The notes below the pieces were generated by a model. The model saw nothing but the letters and a program-made list of their open reading frames with translations. It was not told the DNA's origin and did not search any database. Source: a virus (Duplodnaviria > Caudoviricetes). From it: DNA of 64,000 nt. The translations under genes were made by a program, and so were the position numbers. Positions 11,373 to 20,764 of the stretch are shown one piece after another; the first letter of the stretch is position 1; each line of letters begins with the position of its first letter. The stretch is taken from positions 1 to 64,000 of the IMG/VR virus record IMGVR_UViG_3300037067_019204. One strand, given 5' to 3'.

Positions 11373-11795
11373 TCATTCCTTATCCTTGCCCAATTTTAGC
11401 TTGTGCCAAAAATGGGCTGGCAAATGTATATTTTCTATAGCAACTGCTTCTTTAAATAAAGGGGCAATTTCTTTAACGGTATGATAGGCCAAACCACACC
11501 CAATTTCTGTTACTAAAAAAGTTAATTCAGGATGATTTTTTGCAAATTCAATAAATCTATTAATATATGGTTTTATTCGTTCAATGCTTATTTTATTTTG
11601 AATACCGGGGGATTGAATGGTAGGAATTCCGTAGGTTCTTCCCTGAAGCCCTTCTCCTTGGCCATACTTTGCGCCCCATTGCATGGCAGTCTTAGCGGCA
11701 CCTTTTCCGTGTCTACCTTTAACATTAGAGCCAAAGACAAAGATTTCATTGGGTTGTAATGAAGTAATATTATCTGGTGTGATTCTGTTTTTCAT
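11373..11795 (-). CDS. Macro-domain-like phage protein (A1S_2505-like)
   Basis: IFVFGSN..GRHGKGAA...FLVTEIGCGLA. Confidence 0.65.
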   Translation of the reverse strand: MKNRITPDNITSLQPNEIFVFGSNVKGRHGKGAAKTAMQWGAKYGQGEGLQGRTYGIPTIQSPGIQNKISIERIKPYINRFIEFAKNHPELTFLVTEIGCGLAYHTVKEIAPLFKEAVAIENIHLPAHFWHKLKLGKDKE

Positions 11796-11841
11796 TTCAT
11801 TTTACCTTCATTTCATTACATGTGCTTAATTTCATTTTATG

Positions 11842-11914
11842 TCTCCACACCTTGATTTGAACAAGGACCGCCACGCCCCAAACGTGCCATGCTACCGGGT
11901 TACACCATGCAGAG
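11842..11914 (-). tRNA. tRNA-Pro(TGG)
   Basis: CACG-TT-TGG-GG-CGTG arm, CTCTGCA/TGTGGAG acceptor, GTTCAAATC. Confidence 0.75.
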
Positions 11915-11959
11915 AAAAAACAAACAATAAAAAAACAAATAATCTGGATCGGACTTCTA

Positions 11960-12324
11960 CTCTCATTACATACGCCTATATAAGTTGCAACTTGTCGGCT
12001 ACAACAGACTAATCAGGTGTGGGCCACCTCTCATTACATACGCCTGTATAAGTTGCAACCTTATCATTTAAGAATCTTAAAACAGAGGTTCTTACTCTCA
12101 TTACATACGCCTGTATAAGTTGCAACCCTGTGGAAAAACCAGCGGGTGGAAAAGTGACCGCCTCTCATTACATACGCCTGTATAAGTTGCAACTGTAGAT
12201 AACCCACGTTCTCCGTACCAACAAAATCTCTCATTACATACGCCTGTATAAGTTGCAACTACACAGGATTTTTAGCACAAATGGGTATGATTCTCTCATT
12301 ACATACGCCTGTATAAGTTGCAAC
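11960..12324 (-). CRISPR. CRISPR array, 6 x 32-nt repeats GTTGCAACTTATACAGGCGTATGTAATGAGAG, 5 spacers of 33-36 nt
   Basis: Repeats start at 11960, 12028, 12095, 12162, 12228, 12293; the 11960 copy has one substitution (trailer end). Confidence 0.97.
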
Positions 12325-12382
12325 TGCCAGCGAATAAACACTGGAAATTCTAGTAGTTAACAAGAGTTTATCGCCAACCATC

Positions 12383-12485
12383 CTTATGTATCATATTAAG
12401 CGTAGTATCAGTGAGTGGGGTTAGCGAAGACCAATTGGGCTTCATTTTTGCTAACTCCCTCACCATTTTGCTGTGAGAACAGCAA
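12383..12485 (-). ncRNA. Predicted tracrRNA
   Basis: 5' hairpin TTGCTG-TTCTCA-CAGCAA whose loop pairs with repeat 3' end TGAGAG; long GTGAG..CTCAC stem; anti-repeat TAC-TACGCTT...ATAAG. Confidence 0.7.
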
Positions 12486-13775
12486 TATATCATTACTGAT
12501 ATAAGTATTTTCATTAATTTTTTCTTCTTCCTCCTCCAATTTACCTTTTTTTATAAATAGCTTACTATTAGCGATATTAATAGAAGCATTATAATCAGCA
12601 TTAGATTCATATCCACATTTTGTACATTTAAAATGAGCTTGATCTTTTCTATTATCTTTATCAATACTACCACATTTTGAACATTTTTGACTTGTATATG
12701 CAGGATTTATGTATTTTACTATTACTCCTATTTCTTTAGCTTTATACTCAATCATTTGCTGGAGTTGATAATAAGACCAATATGCTGTAAGAAATGCATT
12801 TTTCTTTACTTCACTTGTCAAAGCTTCCAGATGAATAGTTCCTGCATTATTTTTCATACAAAAATCTATTATTTGTTTACTCATTGTATGATTATATGTT
12901 TTTACAAAATTAGATTCTTTTTCCATCAGAGAATCTAAACAATCAAATTTTCTTTTTCTACCATGACCACCTTTTGTAGTAGTTTTTCGTTGTAATCGTC
13001 TACGTCTATTTTTTATTTGTGTTCTGAATTTTTGTATTTCAATAGAATCACCTATTGCTTTTCTATCCAATTCATTCTTTAGTCCACAATATGCCGGTAT
13101 TTTCCAACCCAAATCAATTCCACAAATTATATCCTTATCTAAAGATTTTAGATTAGGAGAAAAATTGTAACATAAATATAAATACCAGAACTTATCTTTT
13201 TTAATTATTCTTGAATCACTTAAACCATAATCATTGTTTAATATTTTATCAACAATATTTTTAACTGATTTATCTTTTTCTATTCCAGTAAATCCAAAAA
13301 TATAACCTTTTTTTCTTAATTCACTAGGATAAAAAACATATTCCCCATCTTGAACTTGAATTTCACTTTCTTTGGATTTAACCAAAATACTTAAATCTTT
13401 AAAATTAGGATAATCTATCTTACCAGTATTGTATTCAAATAATTCATTTTTAAACTTAGTTTCAACTTCCGTTTGAATCCAACTTGCCTGAGTTTCAGTC
13501 AAATATTTAGAAGATTCTCTAGTGGCCGTTAAAAAAGTTGAATATGTATGTTTTTTTCCTTTTTTATTAACTCTTTTTCCAATTGTTAAATCAATAGCAT
13601 GAGGATTTGTAGTATTTAAATAATTAAATAAGATACTTCTTTTAAGTGTATCATGACGTATATTTCTTGCTTCATAAGACATTTTTGTTAATAAATTATA
13701 AAGATTATTTCTTTTTTCTTGATCTTTTTCTATCAAAAATAATTTTATTTTACAAGTTTTAACTAAATTTCCCAT
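12408..13775 (-). CDS. cas12f: Type V-F effector Cas12f (TnpB-derived RuvC nuclease)
   Basis: RuvC-I GIDLG, GGHGRKRK, RuvC-II IHLE, CSKC/CTKC zinc finger, RuvC-III NADYNA; 455 aa; adjacent array. Confidence 0.88.
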   Translation of the reverse strand: MGNLVKTCKIKLFLIEKDQEKRNNLYNLLTKMSYEARNIRHDTLKRSILFNYLNTTNPHAIDLTIGKRVNKKGKKHTYSTFLTATRESSKYLTETQASWIQTEVETKFKNELFEYNTGKIDYPNFKDLSILVKSKESEIQVQDGEYVFYPSELRKKGYIFGFTGIEKDKSVKNIVDKILNNDYGLSDSRIIKKDKFWYLYLCYNFSPNLKSLDKDIICGIDLGWKIPAYCGLKNELDRKAIGDSIEIQKFRTQIKNRRRRLQRKTTTKGGHGRKRKFDCLDSLMEKESNFVKTYNHTMSKQIIDFCMKNNAGTIHLEALTSEVKKNAFLTAYWSYYQLQQMIEYKAKEIGVIVKYINPAYTSQKCSKCGSIDKDNRKDQAHFKCTKCGYESNADYNASINIANSKLFIKKGKLEEEEEKINENTYISNDILLFSQQNGEGVSKNEAQLVFANPTH

Positions 13776-13923
13776 ACTTAATTTTTCCTACTAAACTTAA
13801 CAAATTTAAAATAGAGGGGGCCAAAAAATAACTACAGATTCAGATTAGGCCCCCTCTGAGAAAACTTTAAAAGTTTCTCTTGGATTTTATTAGAATCTGA
13901 GAGCAGGGAACATACCCTGCATT

Positions 13924-13996
13924 AGCTCCGAGACAGGTACGATCTGTCATAGGTAGTTTACAGGACTACTATTCTATCCATTTGAATTATCGGAGC
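13924..13996 (-). tRNA. tRNA-Thr(TGT), atypical (C33, T-loop ATCGTAC)
   Basis: GCTCCGA/TCGGAGC acceptor; GTAGT-CC-TGT-AA-ACTAC. Confidence 0.65.
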
Positions 13997-14704
13997 ATAC
14001 ATAATTTAAACTATTCAACCTCATATTTATTTTTTAAACCCATTGCGCCATTAGGTTTAATATAATAAAAATAATGAAGAACAACCTTTTTTGAGGTCTT
14101 TTTTTCTTTATCTTTCTTATTCTTATCAGTATTAGCCATTGTTTTCCTCCACTATTTTATCGTAAGCTTCTATTGCTGCAACAGCTAACGCCGCCACTTT
14201 AATCATATTAGGTCTAAATTCACAAGAATCTTTTAAATTTCTCATAGCATTAGTTGCTCTTCCTGCATAGGTAGTTATATATGCAACCCAATCATTCATA
14301 CTATTTTCTGCATCAAATTTATCAGTATTACCACCCCATTTTAAAGATCTTTGTCTTTCTCTCTCCACAGAAATTTCAGTAAATATTTCATTTCTATTTG
14401 CCATAAAAACCTCTTATTATAAATAATTAATCTTCTTCCGAAGGATTAACATATATTTCAACTTCATATTCTTTATGTGTTAATTCTTCAATAAAAATAA
14501 TATTTTCTTTATCATAATTATTATCTACTAACCTATGTATTTTTTTATAATGTCTAAAACATACAGGGCATTGGTATGGATAATAATTAAATCCCTCTTT
14601 ATTTAAACCATAATGTCTACAAATTGGACATACATAAGGTAATGACATAATTTCTCCTTATTATATATAATCCCTAACATGAGACTTTAGAAAGTCAGGG
14701 AAAT

Positions 14705-14776
14705 TTGCGAGAGAAGGATTCGAACCTTCGACCTTTTGGGTATGAGCCAACTAAGCTACCTCTGCTCTATCTCGCA
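14705..14776 (-). tRNA. tRNA-Met(CAT), initiator-like D arm
   Basis: TTGG-CT-CAT-AC-CCAA; GGTTCGAATCC. Confidence 0.85.
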
Positions 14777-14794
14777 ATGATTCATTATATATAA

Positions 14795-14985
14795 AGCCTG
14801 TCTCTCCAAGCTGCCAAGTCTAACGGTAGCCGACTTTCGCCCTATGTGTCCTTTCACAGTGGCCTCAATGCACATAGTTGAGGTATCCCACAGTATGGAG
14901 CCTAGTTTCCCTTGTTGCTTTCGCAATTACCGTCATACAATCTCCACCCCAGAAGCTATACTCATATAGGTTGCAATCTTCTAGT
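14795..14985 (-). ncRNA. Unassigned structured RNA between tRNA genes
   Basis: GC-enriched; multiple stems, GNRA loops and a 7-bp pseudoknot. Confidence 0.65.
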
Positions 14986-14991
14986 GATACT

Positions 14992-15070
14992 CAGGAGTGA
15001 CAAGATTCGAACTTGCAATGCAAAAGCACGGTTTTGGAGACCGCTGGGTTAGCCATTACCCCACACTCCT
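14992..15070 (-). tRNA. tRNA-Trp(CCA) with extended variable arm
   Basis: GCGGT-CT-CCA-AA-ACCGT; variable region GC-TTTT-GC-AT. Confidence 0.85.
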
Positions 15071-15167
15071 AAAATCCTTCACATAAACAATAATAATTAA
15101 TTAATAAAAAAAGTCAAGTATATTATATTAATAATTTTAATTTTTTATCAATTATTATTATAGTAAC

Positions 15168-15246
15168 AGCGGCTGACGAGAATCGAACTCGTAATGCTTT
15201 CGCATCAGTTTGGAAGACTGATGGCATACCATTAGCCCACAGCCGC
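15168..15246 (-). tRNA. tRNA-Gly(TCC) with extended variable arm
   Basis: TCAGT-CT-TCC-AA-ACTGA; variable region TGC-GAAA-GCA; GCG start, U73. Confidence 0.88.
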
Positions 15247-15746
15247 AGATTTTAATCACAGAAATTAGCAACCTCTTGCAACTTCTCTTTTAACTTGCTT
15301 AATGATTGCATCTGCCATAGAAAGAACTTCTTTTCTTTCCAAAGCCAGTTCAAAATTAAGATCACATGGCCTTTTATCAAGAATTTCTGGGTCAATGGCA
15401 ATCTTTTCCGCAATTTTACGTCTGAGTGTTTTTTGTTCTTTCATATTGATCTCCTTTAATTTTTTATTCATATTTTTCTTTTTCATTCTCTTTGATTTCC
15501 TCAATAGGAGGACCTTCATACAAAAACATATGTCTACGTTTAGAAGTTAAATTATGTTTTCTTAGCATTCCATCTCTTTTAGACTTAGAGTATTCTGTTG
15601 TATCATTACTTGTCCATTTAAAATGAAATTGCCTCCAACTTTTCATTATATTTAATCTTTTTTTAATCATTTTAATATTATTATGTCTTTTTATAGCTAG
15701 CCCTCTTCCCATAAAAAACCTCATATTATAATAATATATTAAAAAT

Positions 15747-15832
15747 TAGGAACGGAGAGAGTCGAACTCTCACGGAATTGAATCCACTAGATCCTAAGTC
15801 TAGCGTGTCTCGCCAAATTTCACCACGTTCCC
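15747..15832 (-). tRNA. tRNA-Leu(TAG)
   Basis: CTAGA-CT-TAG-GA-TCTAG, long V arm. Confidence 0.9.
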
Positions 15833-15838
15833 ATGATT

Positions 15839-15922
15839 TACCGTGAGAGAGAATTGAACTCTCATGACCAAAAGGCCAATAGCTTTTGAGGCTATCATGT
15901 CTACCAGTTTCATCATCACGGC
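15839..15922 (-). tRNA. tRNA-Leu(CAA)
   Basis: ATAGC-CT-CAA-AA-GCTAT, long V arm. Confidence 0.9.
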
Positions 15923-15939
15923 TTATAAATAGAACTAGA

Positions 15940-15961
15940 ACGATTATGGCTCCGAAATCGT
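15940..15961 (+). repeat. Dispersed 22-bp intergenic motif, copy 1 (others at 39837, 50718, 58665)
   Basis: ACGATTATGGCTCCGAAATCGT. Confidence 0.8.
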
Positions 15962-16321
15962 ATTAATTTTATTTAGGATTGAACCCCAGATAAATTTTTT
16001 TACTTTTCTTCTCTTAAAATATAAAACAAAAGCAATACCTTTAGCCATTAACCATTTCATAATTTTAGTTCCTTTTATTAGGAAAATTTTGATAATAAAA
16101 ACATAACAACACTTATTACCAATATGACCATTACCACAACAAAAATTGTACCAATTATTTTCATATCATCTCCTCATAAAAAGTATTATAATAATACTTA
16201 TAATTAATCCTATAATGAACATATTATATTTTTTATTAGGATCAAATATACTTAAACAAATAATCTTTATTTTGTCAATTAAAATATTAATTTTTTTTAA
16301 TTTCATATTTCACACTGTATG

Positions 16322-16398
16322 CACCCCCTAAGCGATTCGAACGCTTATGTATCCATTTAACTTTTCAACTGGTTCGTAGCCAGAGAGTATAAGGGGGT
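16322..16398 (-). ncRNA. D-arm-less tRNA-Arg(ACG)-like RNA
   Basis: ACCCCCT/AGGGGGT acceptor, CTGG-CT-ACG-AA-CCAG, canonical T arm, no D stem. Confidence 0.6.
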
Positions 16399-17379
16399 AT
16401 GTTTATATTTATATAATATTTCTTCAAATTTTTGTTTTTTTCTATATAAGAACACAGGTGCATTACTATATAACCATCTATATATTTTTAAACAATTTCT
16501 ATTCCCGTGATATGCTACTACAGTAAATTTTTTTATTTTTACTGATTTTATATAATGCAATTTAGTTTTTCTAATATCACAATTAGCTATTAATATTTGT
16601 TGAATTTTTTTTATTATATTTTCTAACCCACAAATACTAAAATGTAATTGTTCATTATCTATCGATATAGAACCATCCCCATCAAAAAATCCTAAAATAA
16701 AACTAGAATAATATTTTTTTGATAATCCTTTTGGCCAATATATTTTTTTACTTTTATTCCTAGTAAATCCTAGTTTTTTTAAACTATTAACTAAATATTT
16801 ACTATTTATACATAAAATAAATTGATTTTTACAATTTTTAAAATTATTGTTTTTAAATTTTCTTAAACCTAAGGGTCTATTATAATTTAAATAAAATTTA
16901 AATGATTCTAATATATGTTTATCCATATCTTGTAGAGCCAATCTTATATAATCATTTTGTACTCCTCTCCTCTTACTATAGCACAAACATCCATCAGCAA
17001 ACAATAATCCTAAAAAGTAAGCCTTATCATGGGAATTTATTTTATCAAAATAATATTTATTTATGAAATATTTTCTATGTATTGTTGATCTCCTTTTTAT
17101 AGACATTTTTTTTAATATTTCTAATATTGTTGAATGCTTTGTATTGTATATTTGAGCAACTTGTATACTAGATAATCCAGAAAGATAATAATTTTTAATG
17201 TTATTATATTCTTCTAACGATATTTTTCTTTTTCTTATATTAATATTATTCTTTACAAGAATATCAGTTATTGTTTTTCTGCATACTTTAAATATTTTAG
17301 AAATAGACACACATGTTAATTTTTTGTTAACATACATGTCTATTATTTTTTGTTCATCTAGATGATATTTACTAGGCAT
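16357..17379 (-). CDS. LAGLIDADG homing endonuclease with HTH repeats
   Basis: AYFLGLLFADG and FILGFFDGDG motifs. Confidence 0.85.
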   Translation of the reverse strand: MPSKYHLDEQKIIDMYVNKKLTCVSISKIFKVCRKTITDILVKNNINIRKRKISLEEYNNIKNYYLSGLSSIQVAQIYNTKHSTILEILKKMSIKRRSTIHRKYFINKYYFDKINSHDKAYFLGLLFADGCLCYSKRRGVQNDYIRLALQDMDKHILESFKFYLNYNRPLGLRKFKNNNFKNCKNQFILCINSKYLVNSLKKLGFTRNKSKKIYWPKGLSKKYYSSFILGFFDGDGSISIDNEQLHFSICGLENIIKKIQQILIANCDIRKTKLHYIKSVKIKKFTVVAYHGNRNCLKIYRWLYSNAPVFLYRKKQKFEEILYKYKHTPLYSLATNQLKS

Positions 17380-17387
17380 AATAACTC

Positions 17388-17933
17388 CTAAATAATTAAT
17401 ACATTAAATGAGCAAAATTTTAACCATCCTTTTTTTTCTGCTCTGTTTCTTGTAATAATAATAGAAGGAATATATTTTGGTTCAAATGGCTTTCTTTTTA
17501 ACTTCCATCCTAATTCATCAAGTAATTTATTTCCTTTAAAATTATTACACCAACGACATGCACAAACACAATTTTCGAAAGTATCAAAATTATGTTTGTT
17601 TGTATGCTTAACTTCTGCCCATCGGCTTCTTGGAATAATATGATCTATAGTAAGATCTTTCATAGAAAATCTTTTCCCACAATATGAACAAATCATATCA
17701 TCTCTATAAATAACATTTAGCTTAGAGAATGCCACCTTTTTCTTTGGTGTCTCTCCATAATATAACAATGCTATTACAGAAGGAATTTTAAATATTACAG
17801 ACGGCGAACGCATAATTCTATCTGTTTCAACCACTGTATAGCATTTATTTTGATAAAGCAAGCAAATAGCTTCTTTATCAGAAACAATTCTAATAGGGAC
17901 AAATCCTGAGTTAAGTACTAATACATCTGTCAT
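17388..17933 (-). CDS. HNH endonuclease (McrA-like)
   Basis: VLVLN...RDDMICSYCG...TIDHIIPRSR...CRWCNNFK. Confidence 0.85.
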   Translation of the reverse strand: MTDVLVLNSGFVPIRIVSDKEAICLLYQNKCYTVVETDRIMRSPSVIFKIPSVIALLYYGETPKKKVAFSKLNVIYRDDMICSYCGKRFSMKDLTIDHIIPRSRWAEVKHTNKHNFDTFENCVCACRWCNNFKGNKLLDELGWKLKRKPFEPKYIPSIIITRNRAEKKGWLKFCSFNVLII

Positions 17934-18655
17934 ATTTTCACCTCCTTTATAAAATTTTATATTAAAGTATTAGTCTTTCATACAACGAACAACCATTTCA
18001 CCATTTTTAAAACCTGTAATATAATTACTAGGCACTACTGGTATAATAGTTACTTTATCTTTAAGACGACTACATCTAATAGTATCATCTTTACTAGTAA
18101 GATTTTTATTATGATCACAAAGTTTGCAATCATTTAAACTTATAATTTTCATTTTTTTACTCCTTTTGTGGGGAATACTTTGGACACTCGTACACAGGAA
18201 GTACCACATTAAAATCCACACAATTTTTAAAATTAGCTTTAGCTATTTCACAATTTTTTTCAATATCATCTGGAATGAAAAATTTACAGTTTTGAAAACA
18301 TAAACAATTTTCCCTGTGCTTTCCTTTTAAATGAGATTGAACATTAACCAAAACACCATGATGCTCATATTTTTCTATCATAGTATACCTCCCCTAAGAT
18401 TTCATTTTAAAATCATCTTTAGATGATCCTATAATAGAACAATTAGCTATTGTAACTGGGGCAGTGGCTGTCCCAAAATCTTTAAGAATTGTTAGACCAA
18501 GTTTTATCGTTTCTTGATCCATTGAATTTTTTCTTCCAGATTCAAATATTTTCATAATTGAAGCTGTCATTTCTTCAACTCTTTTACCAAATTCTTTATC
18601 AAATTTAGTTCCTACATGAATTCCTGTTTCCATCTTTTTACCTCTTCATTTTTAT

Positions 18656-18979
18656 TTAGCAAGTCTTCCCATGCTTATATGGTCTTGTTTTATTATATTC
18701 CATTTTAATTTTTAAAGCATTCTCCAGATCTATTCCATATCTTCCACATGTATCAAAGACACGAATTAGTAGATCAGCAAATTCTACTGGTATACCACAT
18801 GGTTTCTTATCTTCATAATAAATTTCATTTATTGGTATATTCTTTCTAAAATCTTCAAGAACCTCTGAAATCTCAGAATGCATTAATGCTAATTGTTCTG
18901 GAAAATTTCTTTCTGTATCCCACCAACCTTTTTCTACTGCTGTTTCATGTGATTCTTTAACTAGTTCATTTAAATTCAT
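18656..18979 (-). CDS. MazG-like NTP pyrophosphohydrolase
   Basis: LMHSEISEVLE...EFADLLIR...KMEYNKTR. Confidence 0.8.
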   Translation of the reverse strand: MNLNELVKESHETAVEKGWWDTERNFPEQLALMHSEISEVLEDFRKNIPINEIYYEDKKPCGIPVEFADLLIRVFDTCGRYGIDLENALKIKMEYNKTRPYKHGKTC

Positions 18980-20245
18980 TTATTAACTCCTTTAAGTTGT
19001 TTTTCTTTTTTAAGTAATTTATTTTGTATTTCTTCTATCTCCTTAATAGAAGGAATATAATTATATTGTAATAACTTTATTATCTGTTTATGGCTAATCT
19101 CAGATTTGATCTTTTTCATTTTATTTCTTCTTTTATGATCCTAATGGAAAATGTCCATCCCAATTCTTTATGGAAGTTCCTTGTAGCCTTAAACAAAATT
19201 CCATAAGTCCTAAAGCTAAGACACCAGTAATTATTATATGTAATAATACAAGTGAAACTGCACTAAGTGCTATTAGCCATTCTTTATTCGTTCTAACAAC
19301 AAGTAAATTTGGAAAAAGATTGTTTATTAGATAAGGACCACCTAAAAACCAAACCATTATAAGTAAAAATCCCACTACCCAAATAACATTTGATAAGCAT
19401 TCTCTATCTTTCATATTACCTCTCTTTATACATATACAAATATCTATTCTTTTTTGGTATTTTTATCCTTAATTTAACAGGCATATAAGAAAAGCTGTTT
19501 CCATTCTCATTCAGTATTTCCTCTATTTTATACTCTTCTTTATGTAAAAGTTTTGGTTTATATGGGTTATTCATTTTTTAATTCATCTATTACATTATAA
19601 ATAGTTTTTAAAAAACTATGATCTTTTTCAGTAATGTAATTAAATTTTTCATGATTTTCACAATATTTCAAATTTTGTTTTAATTTGGAAAGAACATTAA
19701 GGAAATTGTCCATTATTTTGCACTCAGGATTATTTTTTTCTACTTTAATATACCCTTTAATAATATCTTTATTTGAAGTTAATGTAAGTCTAATTAAAAT
19801 ATCGAAAATTAATAATTGAAAATCTACTGTTGCATTATATCTTGATTTTTCTAATGCCCACTGTTTTAACTCACAAGCAATCGTCCAAGAATCTATTAAA
19901 TATTTATACACACTCACAAAATCATCTATTTTAATTATACTCAATTTTGAGTTTAATTGATAAAATTTTACTTCATAAATGTTTGTACGCATGTTTATTA
20001 GTGCTTCATCAACAACCTCATCAATTTTTTCATTTAATTTTTTTATTTTTTTATTATAATTTATTTTAAGAAATGCTCCATATCCTATAGTACCGAAACA
20101 AAAAGTTATTACTATACCGACACAAATACCCATCCAAGTATGGCAGGTATTTGCTAGTTGCGTCATAAAATCTATTCGTTGAGAAAAAAGTTCTAATGTT
20201 TTTTCAATAAAAAATTGCTCCATAATTATATCCTTATATATTTAA

Positions 20246-20764
20246 TTAAATAGTTCTTTTTACATGTTTCCAAGTTTTTCCAGTTTTAATTAAACTAATG
20301 GTATATTTACTAACATTGTATAATTTTGCTATCTCTATCCCCATTTTTCCTTCTTTTAGGAGAGCAAGAATATCCGCAACATCTTTCTCGACAAGTTTAG
20401 AATTTTTATTTTTAGATCCATATTGAATAGTCCCATTAATTTTTTGATCATCATGATTTTCTTGGCAGGTTCCCCATTGTAGATTATTTAATTTATTATT
20501 TTGTCTATTGTTATCAGGAAAATGTCTGGCCACCATTCCTTTGGGTCTAGGACCCACAAATGTCTCAAGAAGTAATACATGTATTCGTCTAAAAAATTGT
20601 TTTTTATTTCTGCATAAACCAACTTCAAGATATCCATCAGAAATTTTAGGTTTTATTAAATGAAATTCATTTGTTTTTTTACCATTATAAGACCAGCAAG
20701 ACCATACATTACCATCTTCATCTATATCATATCCATCAAAATTTGGGATAGGCTTTCTTAACAT
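20246..20764 (-). CDS. NUMOD4/HNH homing endonuclease
   Basis: IPNFDGY...HVLLLETF...RH...NNKLNNLQWGT..EN. Confidence 0.8.
   Translation of the reverse strand: MLRKPIPNFDGYDIDEDGNVWSCWSYNGKKTNEFHLIKPKISDGYLEVGLCRNKKQFFRRIHVLLLETFVGPRPKGMVARHFPDNNRQNNKLNNLQWGTCQENHDDQKINGTIQYGSKNKNSKLVEKDVADILALLKEGKMGIEIAKLYNVSKYTISLIKTGKTWKHVKRTI

Noticed and set aside
12064-12258. 64-aa ORF with repeated LQLIQAYVMR
   Set aside because: Translation of CRISPR repeats
12408-13775. IS200/IS605 transposon TnpB
   Set aside because: No tnpA or transposon ends seen; adjacent array and anti-repeat favour Cas12f
14795-14985. RNase P RNA or tmRNA
   Set aside because: Lacks the GAGGAAAGUCC and ACAGAA..CGGCUUA RNase P regions and has no tmRNA acceptor/T-arm ends
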